A DNA stretch of 52,709 bases from Chloroflexota bacterium (GCA_027622595.1 JAQBZZ010000006.1:1-52709); one strand, 5' to 3'; positions 18,701 through 27,441 are shown, counted from the stretch's first letter. Notes: a model not told the origin generated them from the sequence alone. Numbers and translations: made by a program.

Positions 18701-19267
18701 CAGAATGCCACCGCGTCGGCTCACGGTGCCGTGGTTCTCAACGACCCGCTCCACACGATAGCCCATCTCCTGCCACCGGTTCATCAGGTCGCTCAGGTTG
18801 ACCTGCTGGCCCACGGTTACGTAGTGGCAGGCGTCACGAAAGACCTCTTGTGAAAGTGTTTTTTGTGAAATAGCTGCCAGGGAGGCAACGACTATCGGAG
18901 GAAACCGGCGGTTCTCGTCGTCCAGGTTCATCAGGGCAGCCAGTGCCCTGATGCGGCCGTGGGTCGTGGCATCGTCGGCCATGAGCCGCTCGAAGGGCAG
19001 GGTCTCACCCTCGGGCAGTTGGTACACCTCCGCGTCTTCTCCACACCAGACCAGGAGGTCCTCGTACACCCGTCGTGCTTTTTCAGGCCGGGGCGCCACC
19101 ATCAAGATGGGGGTGTTCAACTCATCCCTCAGGGCTCCGATCCAGTAGGGGAGGGTAGAGTCCAATAGGACAGCCTGCACCGTGGCTTGCCCCTGGCTTA
19201 GCAGCTCAAGGACGCTCCGGTGCTGTTTGCTCTGGGAGAGCAGGGGAAAGAGCCCTTTAAGGGTCAC
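15737..19267 (-). CDS. mfd: Transcription-repair coupling factor (ORF extends to 19306; GTG 19267 has a GGAG SD)
   Basis: UvrB-like N-terminus, RID (HGIGRF), GDVGYGKTEVA, DEEQRFG, LSATPIPRT, QLRGRIGR and DLEIRGAGNILG motifs. Confidence 0.97.
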   Translation of the reverse strand: MTLKGLFPLLSQSKQHRSVLELLSQGQATVQAVLLDSTLPYWIGALRDELNTPILMVAPRPEKARRVYEDLLVWCGEDAEVYQLPEGETLPFERLMADDATTHGRIRALAALMNLDDENRRFPPIVVASLAAISQKTLSQEVFRDACHYVTVGQQVNLSDLMNRWQEMGYRVERVVENHGTVSRRGGILDIYSLGAKLPARIELVGDSVESIRLFDPMTQRSVKSVERVFILPAQEALPALGKRDEVEELYSQLDASNCTVTTQERITEEMSLLSTGHIPEEPGFYSGFFCQGIPLDFLPKDGLLMVVRPGEVEEEGLAMDEKAGDLRSAKEERGDVPRNFPSLHIPANELNERLSSALRRLDVSPWTSGLVSNGGSPSAEMDFLPPRSYSGRLDALAKDVLSWQQDGDRVLLVSHYAARLTEVFRGQGISVPLDREFVDRDFDGGLGKGTVALVRGSLAEGWSLPLDGSTLHVLTDVEIMGQAKERPTRRRAPVRRAAFLSDLEPGSYLVHTEHGIGRFAGTNRMGEGENEREYLVLEYAESDKLYVPTDQLDRLSPYTAPGERVPALTRLSTQEWSRSKARAKASTRELAEQLLALYASREMAQGITFSPDTPWQQEMEDSFPYEETPDQLESIREVKLDMEVSRPMDRLVCGDVGYGKTEVALRAAFKAVMDGLQVAVLVPTTVLAQQHYATFTQRLAPFPVRVEVLSRFRTNEEQRQVTEKLTSGLVDICIGTHRLLQMDVSFKNLGLVIVDEEQRFGVAHKERLKGLRKDADILTLSATPIPRTLHMALSGVRDMSTIETPPEERLSIKTYVSEYSEDLIREAILREIDRGGQVFFLHNRVRSIAETAEKIRNIVPEATVSVGHGQMPEDVLETVMADFAQNKSDVLVCTTIIEAGLDIPNANTLIIDRADMLGLAQLYQLRGRIGRSANRAYAYLMVPKNGRVTETAEKRLRTILAATELGSGFRIAMRDLEIRGAGNILGAEQSGHIHAIGYDLYSQLLSEAVEELKARQDGSVDDVPQPAEVKLDLPISAYIPLDYIPDLTTRLGVYQRLARPLRREEIEPLGDEIRDRFGSLPKPVRELLYVVELKALAREAGAESISRQSKMAVIQLREPVGGARVALQKVLGNAVQVGHSQIRVPLNASWQQEIVQTFAGLAAFKAEVLELSGGG

Positions 19268-19380
19268 AGTAACTCCAACGACTATAGGGGCTGATGGCGA
19301 AACCACTAGCCCTGCGGGGGATTGTATCAGCTATAGCGAGGGGGGGCAACTGGAAATCTGTGTACTATAGCCAACAGCCG

Positions 19381-19409
19381 TTGAAAGATTCGCACCAAAG
19401 CCGCATAAT
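19381..19409 (+). promoter_or_regulatory. Putative promoter for prfA-prmC
   Basis: TTGAAA-17 nt-CATAAT. Confidence 0.5.
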
Positions 19410-19440
19410 GTCCACGTACACTCAACATCTCTGAGACCCA

Positions 19441-20520
19441 TTGGATGGACACACCGTGTTAGACCGACTCCAAGCCCTGAAGGGGCGTTTCACCGAGATA
19501 GAAGAAATGCTGGCGCGCACGGAGATCGCCACGGATCACGAGCGCGTCCAGGTACTGGCCAAAGAGCTGGCGACTTTGGAGAGTACAGTAGCCCTGTTTG
19601 ACCAGTACAGCGCGGTTTCCCAGCAGCTGGACGAGACCACGACCATCCTCCACGAGAGCCATGAAGCGGACATCAAAGCAATGGCCCAGGAAGAGATGGA
19701 ATCGCTTGAGGAGCGCAAAGAGAACCTGGAAGAACAGCTGCGTCTGGCCCTGCTCCCCAAGGATCACAATGACGACAAGGATGTGATAGTGGAGATAAGG
19801 GCAGGTACGGGGGGCGAGGAGGCAGCCCTCTTTGCGGGAGACCTGTACCGCATGTACGCGCGCTACGCCCTGGTCAAGGGGTGGGACGTGGACGTAATAG
19901 ACTCCAGTCCAACGGGCATCGGCGGCTTCAAAGAGGTCGTCTTCGAGGTCAAGGGCAAGGGAGCGTTCAGCCGCCTCAAGCACGAAAGCGGTGGTCACCG
20001 TGTCCAGCGTGTGCCAACCACAGAGACACAGGGCCGTATCCATACCTCCGCGGCCACCGTGGCTGTCCTTCCTGCGGTTGAGGAGGTGGAGGTGGATGTT
20101 GACCCGAACGACCTTCGCATCGACATATTCCACGCAGGCGGGCATGGCGGACAGAACGTGCAGAAGGTGGCTACGGCTGTCCGCATTGTACACATCCCAA
20201 CGGGCCTCGTTGCCATATGTCAGGACGAGCGCTCTCAGCTCAAAAACAAGCAACGTGCTATGGGAGTCCTGCGTGCCCGGATTCTGGCCCAGGAGATTAA
20301 CAGGCAGCATGAAGAGATGGCGGCAACACGTAAGTCCCAGGTGGGTACGGGAGACCGCTCGGAGAAGGTGCGCACCTACAACTTTCCTCAGAACCGGGTG
20401 ACGGACCATAGGATAGGCATGACCAGCCACAACCTGGAGCGAATTCTATTGGGTGAGTTGGACGAGTTCATAGATGGCTTGACCACTCAAGAGCAGGCTC
20501 GCCTGCTGGAAGAGGGCTGA
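19441..20520 (+). CDS. prfA: Peptide chain release factor 1
   Basis: EIRAGTGGEEAALFA, HRVQRVPTTE (PxT motif), GGQ and RTYNFPQ. Confidence 0.97.
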   Translation: MDGHTVLDRLQALKGRFTEIEEMLARTEIATDHERVQVLAKELATLESTVALFDQYSAVSQQLDETTTILHESHEADIKAMAQEEMESLEERKENLEEQLRLALLPKDHNDDKDVIVEIRAGTGGEEAALFAGDLYRMYARYALVKGWDVDVIDSSPTGIGGFKEVVFEVKGKGAFSRLKHESGGHRVQRVPTTETQGRIHTSAATVAVLPAVEEVEVDVDPNDLRIDIFHAGGHGGQNVQKVATAVRIVHIPTGLVAICQDERSQLKNKQRAMGVLRARILAQEINRQHEEMAATRKSQVGTGDRSEKVRTYNFPQNRVTDHRIGMTSHNLERILLGELDEFIDGLTTQEQARLLEEG

Positions 20521-20521
20521 A

Positions 20522-21385
20522 GTGACACTGGGGCGATTTCTTGAAGAGACTCGCCTGGCCCTGGAATCCCATGGGGTGGAGGAGGCTTCCCTGGAGGCGG
20601 ACCTGTTTCTCATGAAGGCCCTGGACATAGACAGGTCTCGCCTCTACTCCTCTCCCGATAGGCCAGTAACCCTTGAAGAGCGACAAACTTTAGCCAGAGA
20701 CCTGGCCAGGCGATTTAATGGTGAGCCCTGGCCGTACATTTCCGGCTACAGAGAATTCTATGGGCTTAATCTAAGGGTGAACTCCAGGGTTTTCATTCCT
20801 CGTCCTGAGACGGAGCTGGTGGTTGACCTTGCTTTGGAGTTTGCACGGGAGCTTGCCGGGTCATTTCCAGCCGGTCGTCCCATTCGCATAGCAGACGTAT
20901 GTACGGGAAGTGGCGCCATTGCCATCGCTCTGGCGGTGCACCTGCCACAGGCAGCGGTATACGCAACAGACATTTCCACGCAGGCGTTGGAGACGGCCAG
21001 GCTCAACTGCCAGGACCACGGAGTGGAGCAAAGGGTAACCATTCTGGAGGGCGACCTTCTGAGCCAGATGCAGGGGCCCTTCGACCTGGTGGTCAGCAAT
21101 CCTCCGTACATTTCAAGGGGGGATATTCCATACCTCGCCAGGGAAGTGCGGACTGAGACCCTGGTTTCCCTGGACGGTGGTGAGGACGGACTCGAAGTCA
21201 TCCGTTCCCTTGTGCCACAGGCCATATCGAAGCTGAGCAGGCCGGGAGGCCTCATCATGGAGATATCGCCTGAGCAGGGGGAAGAAGTCTGCTCACTGAT
21301 CCGCTCAGTTGTGTCAGACGGTAATTGCACCCTGCATAAAGACCTTGCGGGAAGGCAGCGCGTGGTATTCGCCAGCCTGCCATGA
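20522..21385 (+). CDS. prmC: Release factor glutamine methyltransferase HemK
   Basis: IPRPETE, DVCTGSGAIA, SNPPY and LDGGEDGL; directly follows prfA. Confidence 0.95.
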   Translation: MTLGRFLEETRLALESHGVEEASLEADLFLMKALDIDRSRLYSSPDRPVTLEERQTLARDLARRFNGEPWPYISGYREFYGLNLRVNSRVFIPRPETELVVDLALEFARELAGSFPAGRPIRIADVCTGSGAIAIALAVHLPQAAVYATDISTQALETARLNCQDHGVEQRVTILEGDLLSQMQGPFDLVVSNPPYISRGDIPYLAREVRTETLVSLDGGEDGLEVIRSLVPQAISKLSRPGGLIMEISPEQGEEVCSLIRSVVSDGNCTLHKDLAGRQRVVFASLP

Positions 21386-21450
21386 GGTATGTTGTCACCA
21401 TATCAACCAGATGATTTGAGTGTGACACTCGTGCGTGTGATGGGGTGGTG

Positions 21451-21584
21451 TTGACTGGAACTTGTCAAGTCGAGTATCATTTCGGTGAAACAGCATCGGA
21501 TGCTGTGGACTGAGTCGTTGCTCATGAGCAAGAGTCCACAGTTCTGGATGTGCAAATAGATAACGAACTGGGGGAACCAACACC
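21451..21584 (+). promoter_or_regulatory. Promoter and structured leader of the methyltransferase gene
   Basis: TTGACT-18 nt-TATCAT, followed by several nested inverted repeats in 21490-21570. Confidence 0.5.
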
Positions 21585-22436
21585 ATGGCAAACAAGGAAA
21601 AAGTGACGTATGTAAGTGCAGGTGACATGAACTTCTCCTTTGCCGCTTTTGCCAACACACCTTTCTATCGGAAAATCAACACCGACTTGGTCGAACTCTC
21701 ACAGGTACATCCAGGCCAGCGGGTTGTGGACTTGGCATGCGGCACCGGTGGAGTAACAAAGATTATTCTGGAGAGGCTGCGTGGGGCTAAAGAGAGCCTG
21801 GTTATTGGAGTTGACCTCTCGACCTTCGCTCTCAAGCAGGCCAGGGCAGAGATAAGCAGTGCCAAGGATGCCATGGTGCAGTTCGTCCAGGGTCGGGCCG
21901 AGCATCTGTCGCAGGTAATACGTGAGAAGGTGGATGCGGTGGTGTTCTGCAATGCCATCCATCTGGTGCCCGACAAAGAGCAGCTCTCAGGTGAGGTCTT
22001 TTCCACCCTGCGGAGCGGCGGAGTCTTCGCCTTCAACACATCGTTCTATGAGGGCGGGCATCCTCCGGAGACCGAGCAGTGGTATCGGCGATGGATGTTC
22101 AGGTCGGTGCGTATTCTAAGGTCCGAGTACGGCTTGTCGCCAGTCAAGGCTGAGAAGGTGGAAGCCCGCCAGCACTTGACCGTGGAGCAGTACACCGATC
22201 TGCTTAAAGAGCGTGGTTTCCAGATTAAGGAACAGCGAGTCAACACCATCCAGGTGCCCCTGGAAGGCTGGGTGCTCATAAGCCAGTTTGAGGACTGGAT
22301 AACGGGTGTCCTGCCAGGCGTGCCACTGAAAGAGGCCAGCAACTCCCTTCAAAAGGCAGCAACTCAGCTATTCGAGGAGATGAAGGTTAACTTTATACCT
22401 CGCAACTGGCTGGAGATAGTCGCCGTCAGGCCTTAG
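21585..22436 (+). CDS. Class I SAM-dependent methyltransferase (UbiE-like fold), substrate unknown
   Basis: Motif I VVDLACGTG, IGVDLS, VDAVVFCNAIH and LRSGGVFAF. Confidence 0.88.
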   Translation: MANKEKVTYVSAGDMNFSFAAFANTPFYRKINTDLVELSQVHPGQRVVDLACGTGGVTKIILERLRGAKESLVIGVDLSTFALKQARAEISSAKDAMVQFVQGRAEHLSQVIREKVDAVVFCNAIHLVPDKEQLSGEVFSTLRSGGVFAFNTSFYEGGHPPETEQWYRRWMFRSVRILRSEYGLSPVKAEKVEARQHLTVEQYTDLLKERGFQIKEQRVNTIQVPLEGWVLISQFEDWITGVLPGVPLKEASNSLQKAATQLFEEMKVNFIPRNWLEIVAVRP

Positions 22437-22440
22437 AACC

Positions 22441-22477
22441 TAATCGAGGCAAGACCTCAGAGGTCCTGCCTCGATTA
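22441..22477. terminator. Hairpin between convergent genes (probable bidirectional terminator)
   Basis: TAATCGAGGCAaGACCT-cag-AGGTCcTGCCTCGATTA: 17-bp stem with one mismatch. Confidence 0.7.
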
Positions 22478-22520
22478 CATCAGAGTCTTCTAGGATTCGC
22501 CCGCGGTGGTCGGGTATTAC

Positions 22521-23072
22521 TTAAGCCGCTTTGCTCTCTGCGACCAGTGATTCCGTTTCCTTGATCGCCTCCACGTCCAGTGAAATGTTCACCTTGTCTC
22601 CAACCAGCACTCCGCCCGCTTCCAGGGCTACATTCCATTCAAGGCCAAAGTCCTTTCGGTCTATGGCCGTCTCGGCGCTGAAGCCCGCTCGTACTAACCC
22701 ATAAGGGTCGGTAGCCACACCTGAGAATTCCGCGTCAAGTACCACTTCCCGGGTGACGCCTTTGATGGTCAGATCCCCGACCACCCTGTATCCGTCTCCG
22801 TGGCGCTCGATGCGATGGCTCCTGTACGTCATTGTGGGATACTTCTCCACCTCCAGGAAGTCCGCCGACAGCAGGTGGGCGTCGCGCTGCTGCTCCCGGG
22901 TATCTAGGCTGGCGATGTCTACCTCTACCTCAATGGAGGAGCGGGTGGGGTCCTCCTCATCCAGGTCAATGGTGCCGCTTACTTTCCCGAATCGCCCTTT
23001 TACTTTGGCCACGATCATGTGCCGCACTGAGAATTCGATGCTCGTATGGCTATTGTCAATCTTCCAGGTCAT
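22521..23072 (-). CDS. YceI-family (polyisoprenoid-binding) protein
   Basis: W.ID.SHTSIEFSVRHM, RDAHL.SADF, GDLTIKGVTR and IDRKDFGL.WN; ATG 23072 follows AAGGAG. Confidence 0.93.
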   Translation of the reverse strand: MTWKIDNSHTSIEFSVRHMIVAKVKGRFGKVSGTIDLDEEDPTRSSIEVEVDIASLDTREQQRDAHLLSADFLEVEKYPTMTYRSHRIERHGDGYRVVGDLTIKGVTREVVLDAEFSGVATDPYGLVRAGFSAETAIDRKDFGLEWNVALEAGGVLVGDKVNISLDVEAIKETESLVAESKAA

Positions 23073-23277
23073 TTCTGTCTCCTTCATTCTGCATTTTTCA
23101 CGTTATAAATTAATGTCAGGTCCAGGCATTGCATGGACCATTTAGAGGTATCAAGTTAGCTACATGTTGGCATTATTGTGCACTTCCTTTCTGGGTTGCC
23201 TGTTTATATAGATGCGGGTTTCCTTCTGTAGATGCAAAATTCTAAAACTATGGAACTCTTACCCAAAAAAGAGAGGC

Positions 23278-23586
23278 CTACACGGTTGATTCCTGCCGTG
23301 CCTTCCCATGAATCCCCTCGAACTGGGGCAGAAAACGCTCCAGCCGATCGTGGTTGAGACGAAAGAACATGTGCAGTCCCTCCTTGCGGGATTCCATGAG
23401 GCCGCAGTTCTCCAGGACGCGGAAATGGTGCGATAGCGCTGGGCTAGAGAGGGGAAATCTATCTGTGATCTCAGCGCAACTGACCTCGTCTACTTTGAGC
23501 ATCATGCGTACAATCTGGTACCGAGTCTTGTCAGACAGGGCTTTGAAGATCGCTATTGCTTCCTTGTCGAACTGTTCGTTATACAT
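23278..23586 (-). CDS. ArsR/SmtB-family transcriptional regulator
   Basis: FKALSDKTRYQI and LSSPALSHHFRVLENCGL wHTH motifs. Confidence 0.92.
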   Translation of the reverse strand: MYNEQFDKEAIAIFKALSDKTRYQIVRMMLKVDEVSCAEITDRFPLSSPALSHHFRVLENCGLMESRKEGLHMFFRLNHDRLERFLPQFEGIHGKARQESTV

Positions 23587-23620
23587 GAGTTACTATTTTT
23601 AAAAACACTGAACTGTTTAT

Positions 23621-23649
23621 ATTTTAGCCTCGGCCTTCCTGCTTGTCAA
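23621..23649 (-). promoter_or_regulatory. Promoter of the arsR-like gene
   Basis: Minus strand TTGACA-17 nt-TAAAAT. Confidence 0.65.
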
Positions 23650-23679
23650 GGGCGTCGTGAAAAAGGATGTTCGTCTTCC

Positions 23680-23709
23680 TTGACTCTCCCTGGGAAAGAA
23701 CCCTAGAAT
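23680..23709 (+). promoter_or_regulatory. Putative ruvCAB promoter
   Basis: TTGACT-18 nt-TAGAAT, divergent from the arsR promoter. Confidence 0.55.
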
Positions 23710-23742
23710 GGGCAGCATAGAATGCCAGCCTGGGGTGATCAG

Positions 23743-24255
23743 ATGATTCTTTTGGGAGTTGACCCCGGCCTTCTCCGAATGGGGTACGGAGTGATAGAAG
23801 CCCAAGGAAGCGATGTGCGGTTGAAAGAGGGCGGGATCATCCAGGGTGGCCCTTCCTCCACACCAATAGCGCAGAGATTGCTCACCCTCTATGACGGCAT
23901 TCGGGAGGTTGTGGCCGAGTATTCCCCCATCGCACTGGCTCTGGAGGAGATATACTCCCATTATGCCTACCCAAATATAGCAATACTCATGGGCCACGCG
24001 CGTGGTGTGGTCTGCTTGGCGGCAGCTCAAGCGGGGATACCTGTGTTCAACTACGCTTCCACCAAGGTGAAGCATTCTATGGTAGGCAGCGGCAGGGCCA
24101 GCAAAGCACAGCTACAAAGGGCAATCCAGACGCGTCTGAATCTGACGCACGTCCCTGAACCCAATGACGTTGCGGATGCCTTAGCCCTGGCTCTATGCCA
24201 CTGGCAGATGGCTGGAGCAACTGAAATGATTTTGCAGGGTCGTAGGGCTAGCTGA
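23743..24255 (+). CDS. ruvC: Holliday junction resolvase
   Basis: LGVDPG...GYGVI, ALEE, GHARG and DVADALALALCH. Confidence 0.95.
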   Translation: MILLGVDPGLLRMGYGVIEAQGSDVRLKEGGIIQGGPSSTPIAQRLLTLYDGIREVVAEYSPIALALEEIYSHYAYPNIAILMGHARGVVCLAAAQAGIPVFNYASTKVKHSMVGSGRASKAQLQRAIQTRLNLTHVPEPNDVADALALALCHWQMAGATEMILQGRRAS

Positions 24256-24281
24256 ATATCCCTATGCAGGTGTAATAGACA

Positions 24282-24923
24282 GTGATCAACTATCTCAAGG
24301 GTATTATTCGGCGTATCTACAAGGATGAAGGGCGCGTAGTCATTGACGTTAAGGGCGTTGGCTACGAGCTGCTCCTTCCGTACTTCGTTATGCGTTCACT
24401 CGAAGAAGAGGAGAGAAGCGAGGGTGACGAGGTGGAGATGGAGATATACTTCCATGTATCGGAGAGACAGCCCCGGCCAGTCCTCGTAGGTTTTAGAAAA
24501 GAATATGAACGCACCTTCTTCGAGAAACTGATTCAAGTGGAGGACGTTGGAGTCAGTACTGCAGCACGTGCACTGGTGTTCTCCATTTCCACCATAGCCA
24601 GGGCAATAGAGGATGGAGACACAGGCCTGTTGGTGCGAATGCCTGGGATAGGGAAGAGGACTGCTGATAAGATGGTTGCCACTCTACGGGGCAAGGTGGC
24701 GGAATGGGCACTGCTCAAGGACGAGGGATATACCACCGTTCCTGCTGTTACGGCGCATGGAGATGTCGAAGAAGAGGTGGTGAGCGTGCTCGTGAATCTG
24801 GGACATCGCCGTGCCGATGCAAGGCAAAAGGTAGAGGAGGCGGCCAAGGCCGTATCCAACCTCAGAGATGCTCAGGAACTGCTGAGGGAAGTCTTCAGGC
24901 TGGAACGTGGATTGAGCGAATAG
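24282..24923 (+). CDS. ruvA: Holliday junction branch migration protein
   Basis: MINYLKG, DVKGVGYE and HhH PGIGKRTA; lies between ruvC and ruvB. Confidence 0.93.
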   Translation: MINYLKGIIRRIYKDEGRVVIDVKGVGYELLLPYFVMRSLEEEERSEGDEVEMEIYFHVSERQPRPVLVGFRKEYERTFFEKLIQVEDVGVSTAARALVFSISTIARAIEDGDTGLLVRMPGIGKRTADKMVATLRGKVAEWALLKDEGYTTVPAVTAHGDVEEEVVSVLVNLGHRRADARQKVEEAAKAVSNLRDAQELLREVFRLERGLSE

Positions 24924-25979
24924 ATGCCAAGAGAACGCATCATAAAAGGAGACGATCAGGAGCCGGCGGCTGAGGTAGAGGTTAAGCAGGGGCCTGAGCC
25001 TGAAGAGGGTCTGATATGGAGCCTGCGTCCCCGTACGTTGGATGAGTATGTGGGACAGACACTGGTGGTGGAGAGCCTCAGCATTGCCATAGATGCCGCT
25101 AGAGAGCGCAAGGAGCCTCTTGAGCACGTGCTCTTTCATGGCCCTCCGGGGCTTGGGAAAACTACGCTGGCCCACATCATCTCCAGGGAGATGGGTGCAG
25201 AAATAGTCCATACCTCTGGTCCTGCCCTGGAAAAGCCCCTTGACATCGTTGGCATCCTGTCGAATTTGAATGAAGGGGAAGCGCTGTTCATAGACGAAAT
25301 ACACCGGTTGCCTCACACAGTGGAGGAGTACCTGTACTCCGCTATGGAGGACTTCCAGGTAGATTTTGTTTACGGTAAGGGTGCATTTGCTCGAACACTT
25401 CCATTTCAACTCAAGCGGTTCACCCTGATTGGAGCAACCACAAGGGCCGGACTGCTCACACCTCCCCTGCGAGACCGCTTCGGAATGATTTACCACCTCG
25501 ATTTCTATTCAACGGAGGAATTAACGAAGGTGGTGAGCCGCTCCGCCGAAATCCTCAATGTGGACATAGACCAGGAAGGTGCCCAGGAGATTGCCAGCCG
25601 GTCTAGAGGGACCCCCAGGGTGGCGAACCGGCTATTGCGGCGGGTGAGGGATTACGCCCAAGTGAAGACCCGGGGCACCATCACCAAAGATGTCGCGAAC
25701 ACCGCACTGACCAGGGAGGGTGTGGACGAACTGGGACTGGACAGGCTCGATAGGCTGTATCTGAGCACCATCGCCGAGAACTACAGAGGCGGCCCGGTGG
25801 GCATAGATGCCCTGGCTGCGACTGTAAACGAAGAGGTGCAGACCCTTGTCGATGTGGTGGAACCCTTTTTGCTGAAGATGGGGTTTGTTCTCAGAACACC
25901 AGGGGGGCGTAAGATCGGGGAAGCGGCCATGTCGAAGCTTGGCCTGCTTGACCTGAGGGAACAGGGAAGGCTTTTGTGA
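24924..25979 (+). CDS. ruvB: Holliday junction branch migration ATPase
   Basis: SLRP, GPPGLGKTTLA, FIDEIHRL, GATTRAG and RGTPRVANRLLRRVRD. Confidence 0.98.
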   Translation: MPRERIIKGDDQEPAAEVEVKQGPEPEEGLIWSLRPRTLDEYVGQTLVVESLSIAIDAARERKEPLEHVLFHGPPGLGKTTLAHIISREMGAEIVHTSGPALEKPLDIVGILSNLNEGEALFIDEIHRLPHTVEEYLYSAMEDFQVDFVYGKGAFARTLPFQLKRFTLIGATTRAGLLTPPLRDRFGMIYHLDFYSTEELTKVVSRSAEILNVDIDQEGAQEIASRSRGTPRVANRLLRRVRDYAQVKTRGTITKDVANTALTREGVDELGLDRLDRLYLSTIAENYRGGPVGIDALAATVNEEVQTLVDVVEPFLLKMGFVLRTPGGRKIGEAAMSKLGLLDLREQGRLL

Positions 25980-26096
25980 AGCGTGACGCAGGGGATTCCA
26001 AAGAGAATTCCATTCCATTTACGGGTGATAGTCGAAGGGAGTTTTTCAGCACTCTGCTGGATGGAATCAGACATTCAGATATAGGGGAGGCTTGAC

Positions 26097-26420
26097 ATGA
26101 TTTACGAAATACGGACATATGAGGCAATGCCCGGGAAAATACAGGCGCTCAATCAGAGGTTTGCCAATATAACTATGAAATACTTCGAGAAACATGGCCT
26201 CAAAGCTGTGGGGTTCTGGACTGAGGATGTTGGAACCAGCAACACCCTCGTATACATGCTGGCGTTCGATGACATGGCACAACGTGAGCGTGCGTGGAGT
26301 GCCTTCAGGGCAGACGGTGAGCGTTTGGAACTCTTCGCCGAAACGGAGAGCCAGGGGCAGCTGGTTGCCAGGATAACCAACCGCATTCTCAAGCCAACGG
26401 ACTATTCGCCCCTGCAATAG
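26097..26420 (+). CDS. NIPSNAP-family protein
   Basis: MIYEIRTY...PGK, G.W..DVG and ERAW.AF..D patterns; GGAGG SD. Confidence 0.9.
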   Translation: MIYEIRTYEAMPGKIQALNQRFANITMKYFEKHGLKAVGFWTEDVGTSNTLVYMLAFDDMAQRERAWSAFRADGERLELFAETESQGQLVARITNRILKPTDYSPLQ

Positions 26421-26599
26421 TCCGTTGGCTATATGGGGTTCTGTACGCAAACTCACGAAACGGTGCCGTTATTACTCCATGAATAGGCACATGTGCGGGA
26501 GTACAGAGTACAGAAACCTGACTCTTTGCATATGGTTTAAGACAGCTTAAGGTTGGATGGCCGTCATAAGCTGATCTAATGCATCTGGAGTGAACATAT

Positions 26600-27118
26600 A
26601 TGAAGTTGCCGGTGAGGGTCTTCGACCCGAAGGTCAAGCAGGGGTTCAACAGATACCTGTTCCAGTGCTCTCTTGCTACCCTTGCATTATTCTTGATTCT
26701 GACTTTAGAAGGTGCCCATCTTTCCAAGGCCATCGTCATCGCGGCCATAGCGTCCACGGCCTTCGTGGTGTTTGTCACACCTCATAGCACTACTGCTACT
26801 CCTCGTCACGTCATCGGCGGGCACTTCATCTGCCTTGCCATTGGCAGTGCATTTTCGATTCTTGATGGCACTGCCATTGGTCAGAGCATACTGTCCGCCA
26901 CTCCCATTCTCTTCGATTTAGAGGCGGCGTTGGCGGTAGGCTTAAGCATATTCTTGATGGCTGCAACCGATACGGAACACGCTCCCGCGGCTGGCACAGC
27001 CTTGGGTGTTGTTGCTCATAATTTCAGTTTTGGTCTAGTATTCTTTCTAGCTGCCGGCGTTGTGCTTCTATCTATAACCCACGTTCTTCTGCGTTCCCGG
27101 CTGCGCGATCTCCTGTGA
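26600..27118 (+). CDS. HPP-family membrane protein
   Basis: ASTAFVVF.TP, PRHVIGGH and TEHAPAAGTAL. Confidence 0.85.
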   Translation: MKLPVRVFDPKVKQGFNRYLFQCSLATLALFLILTLEGAHLSKAIVIAAIASTAFVVFVTPHSTTATPRHVIGGHFICLAIGSAFSILDGTAIGQSILSATPILFDLEAALAVGLSIFLMAATDTEHAPAAGTALGVVAHNFSFGLVFFLAAGVVLLSITHVLLRSRLRDLL

Positions 27119-27214
27119 TCTGCTCACAGATTATCCAGTCCCCACGCCGTTCATTTTGAATGGTTAGTTGTCGGGACGAATTGTGAAGAGGGTCTGTACC
27201 ACCGGGTTCACTCA

Positions 27215-27243
27215 TTGACAGGAGAAGCCAATGGATATAGAAT
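27215..27243 (+). promoter_or_regulatory. Promoter upstream of ktrBA
   Basis: TTGACA-17 nt-TAGAAT, about 200 nt before the ktrB start. Confidence 0.7.
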
Positions 27244-27441
27244 CGCCGCGCAGATGAATGTTAGAACGATAGTTCGTGACGCACACATTATAATGCTTGC
27301 TAGCGTTGCTTTTTCAAGCCTCTTCCCTTCATGATTAAACCTCCCTCGCTTAATTGCGGATACTCCAATTCGAAGCTTTTTAGACTCCGTTCAGACATGA
27401 GCTATTCACTTTCCCAAGGTTTGACGAGCAGGAAGTAAGGT

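Noticed and set aside
19459-20430. 323-aa minus-strand ORF
   Set aside because: Antisense shadow of prfA. The same applies to the ORFs opposite ilvE, glyA, ruvB, trkA, gap and acnA.
21569-21580. GGGGGAACCA resembling part of the ydaO riboswitch
   Set aside because: It is positioned as the SD of the methyltransferase gene, and the other ydaO elements are missing.
23659-23673. Possible LexA box (GAAC-N4-GTTC) before ruvCAB
   Set aside because: Only the GTTC half-site matches.
27113-27129. CTGTGA-N5-TCACAG, CRP-like palindrome
   Set aside because: The spacer is 5 rather than 6 nt and it overlaps the HPP stop codon; it could be a small hairpin or chance.
27244-27441. c-di-AMP (ydaO) riboswitch expected upstream of ktrBA
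   Set aside because: The conserved GCUGAAUC / GGGGGAACC / GGGGUGAAUC elements are not visible here.
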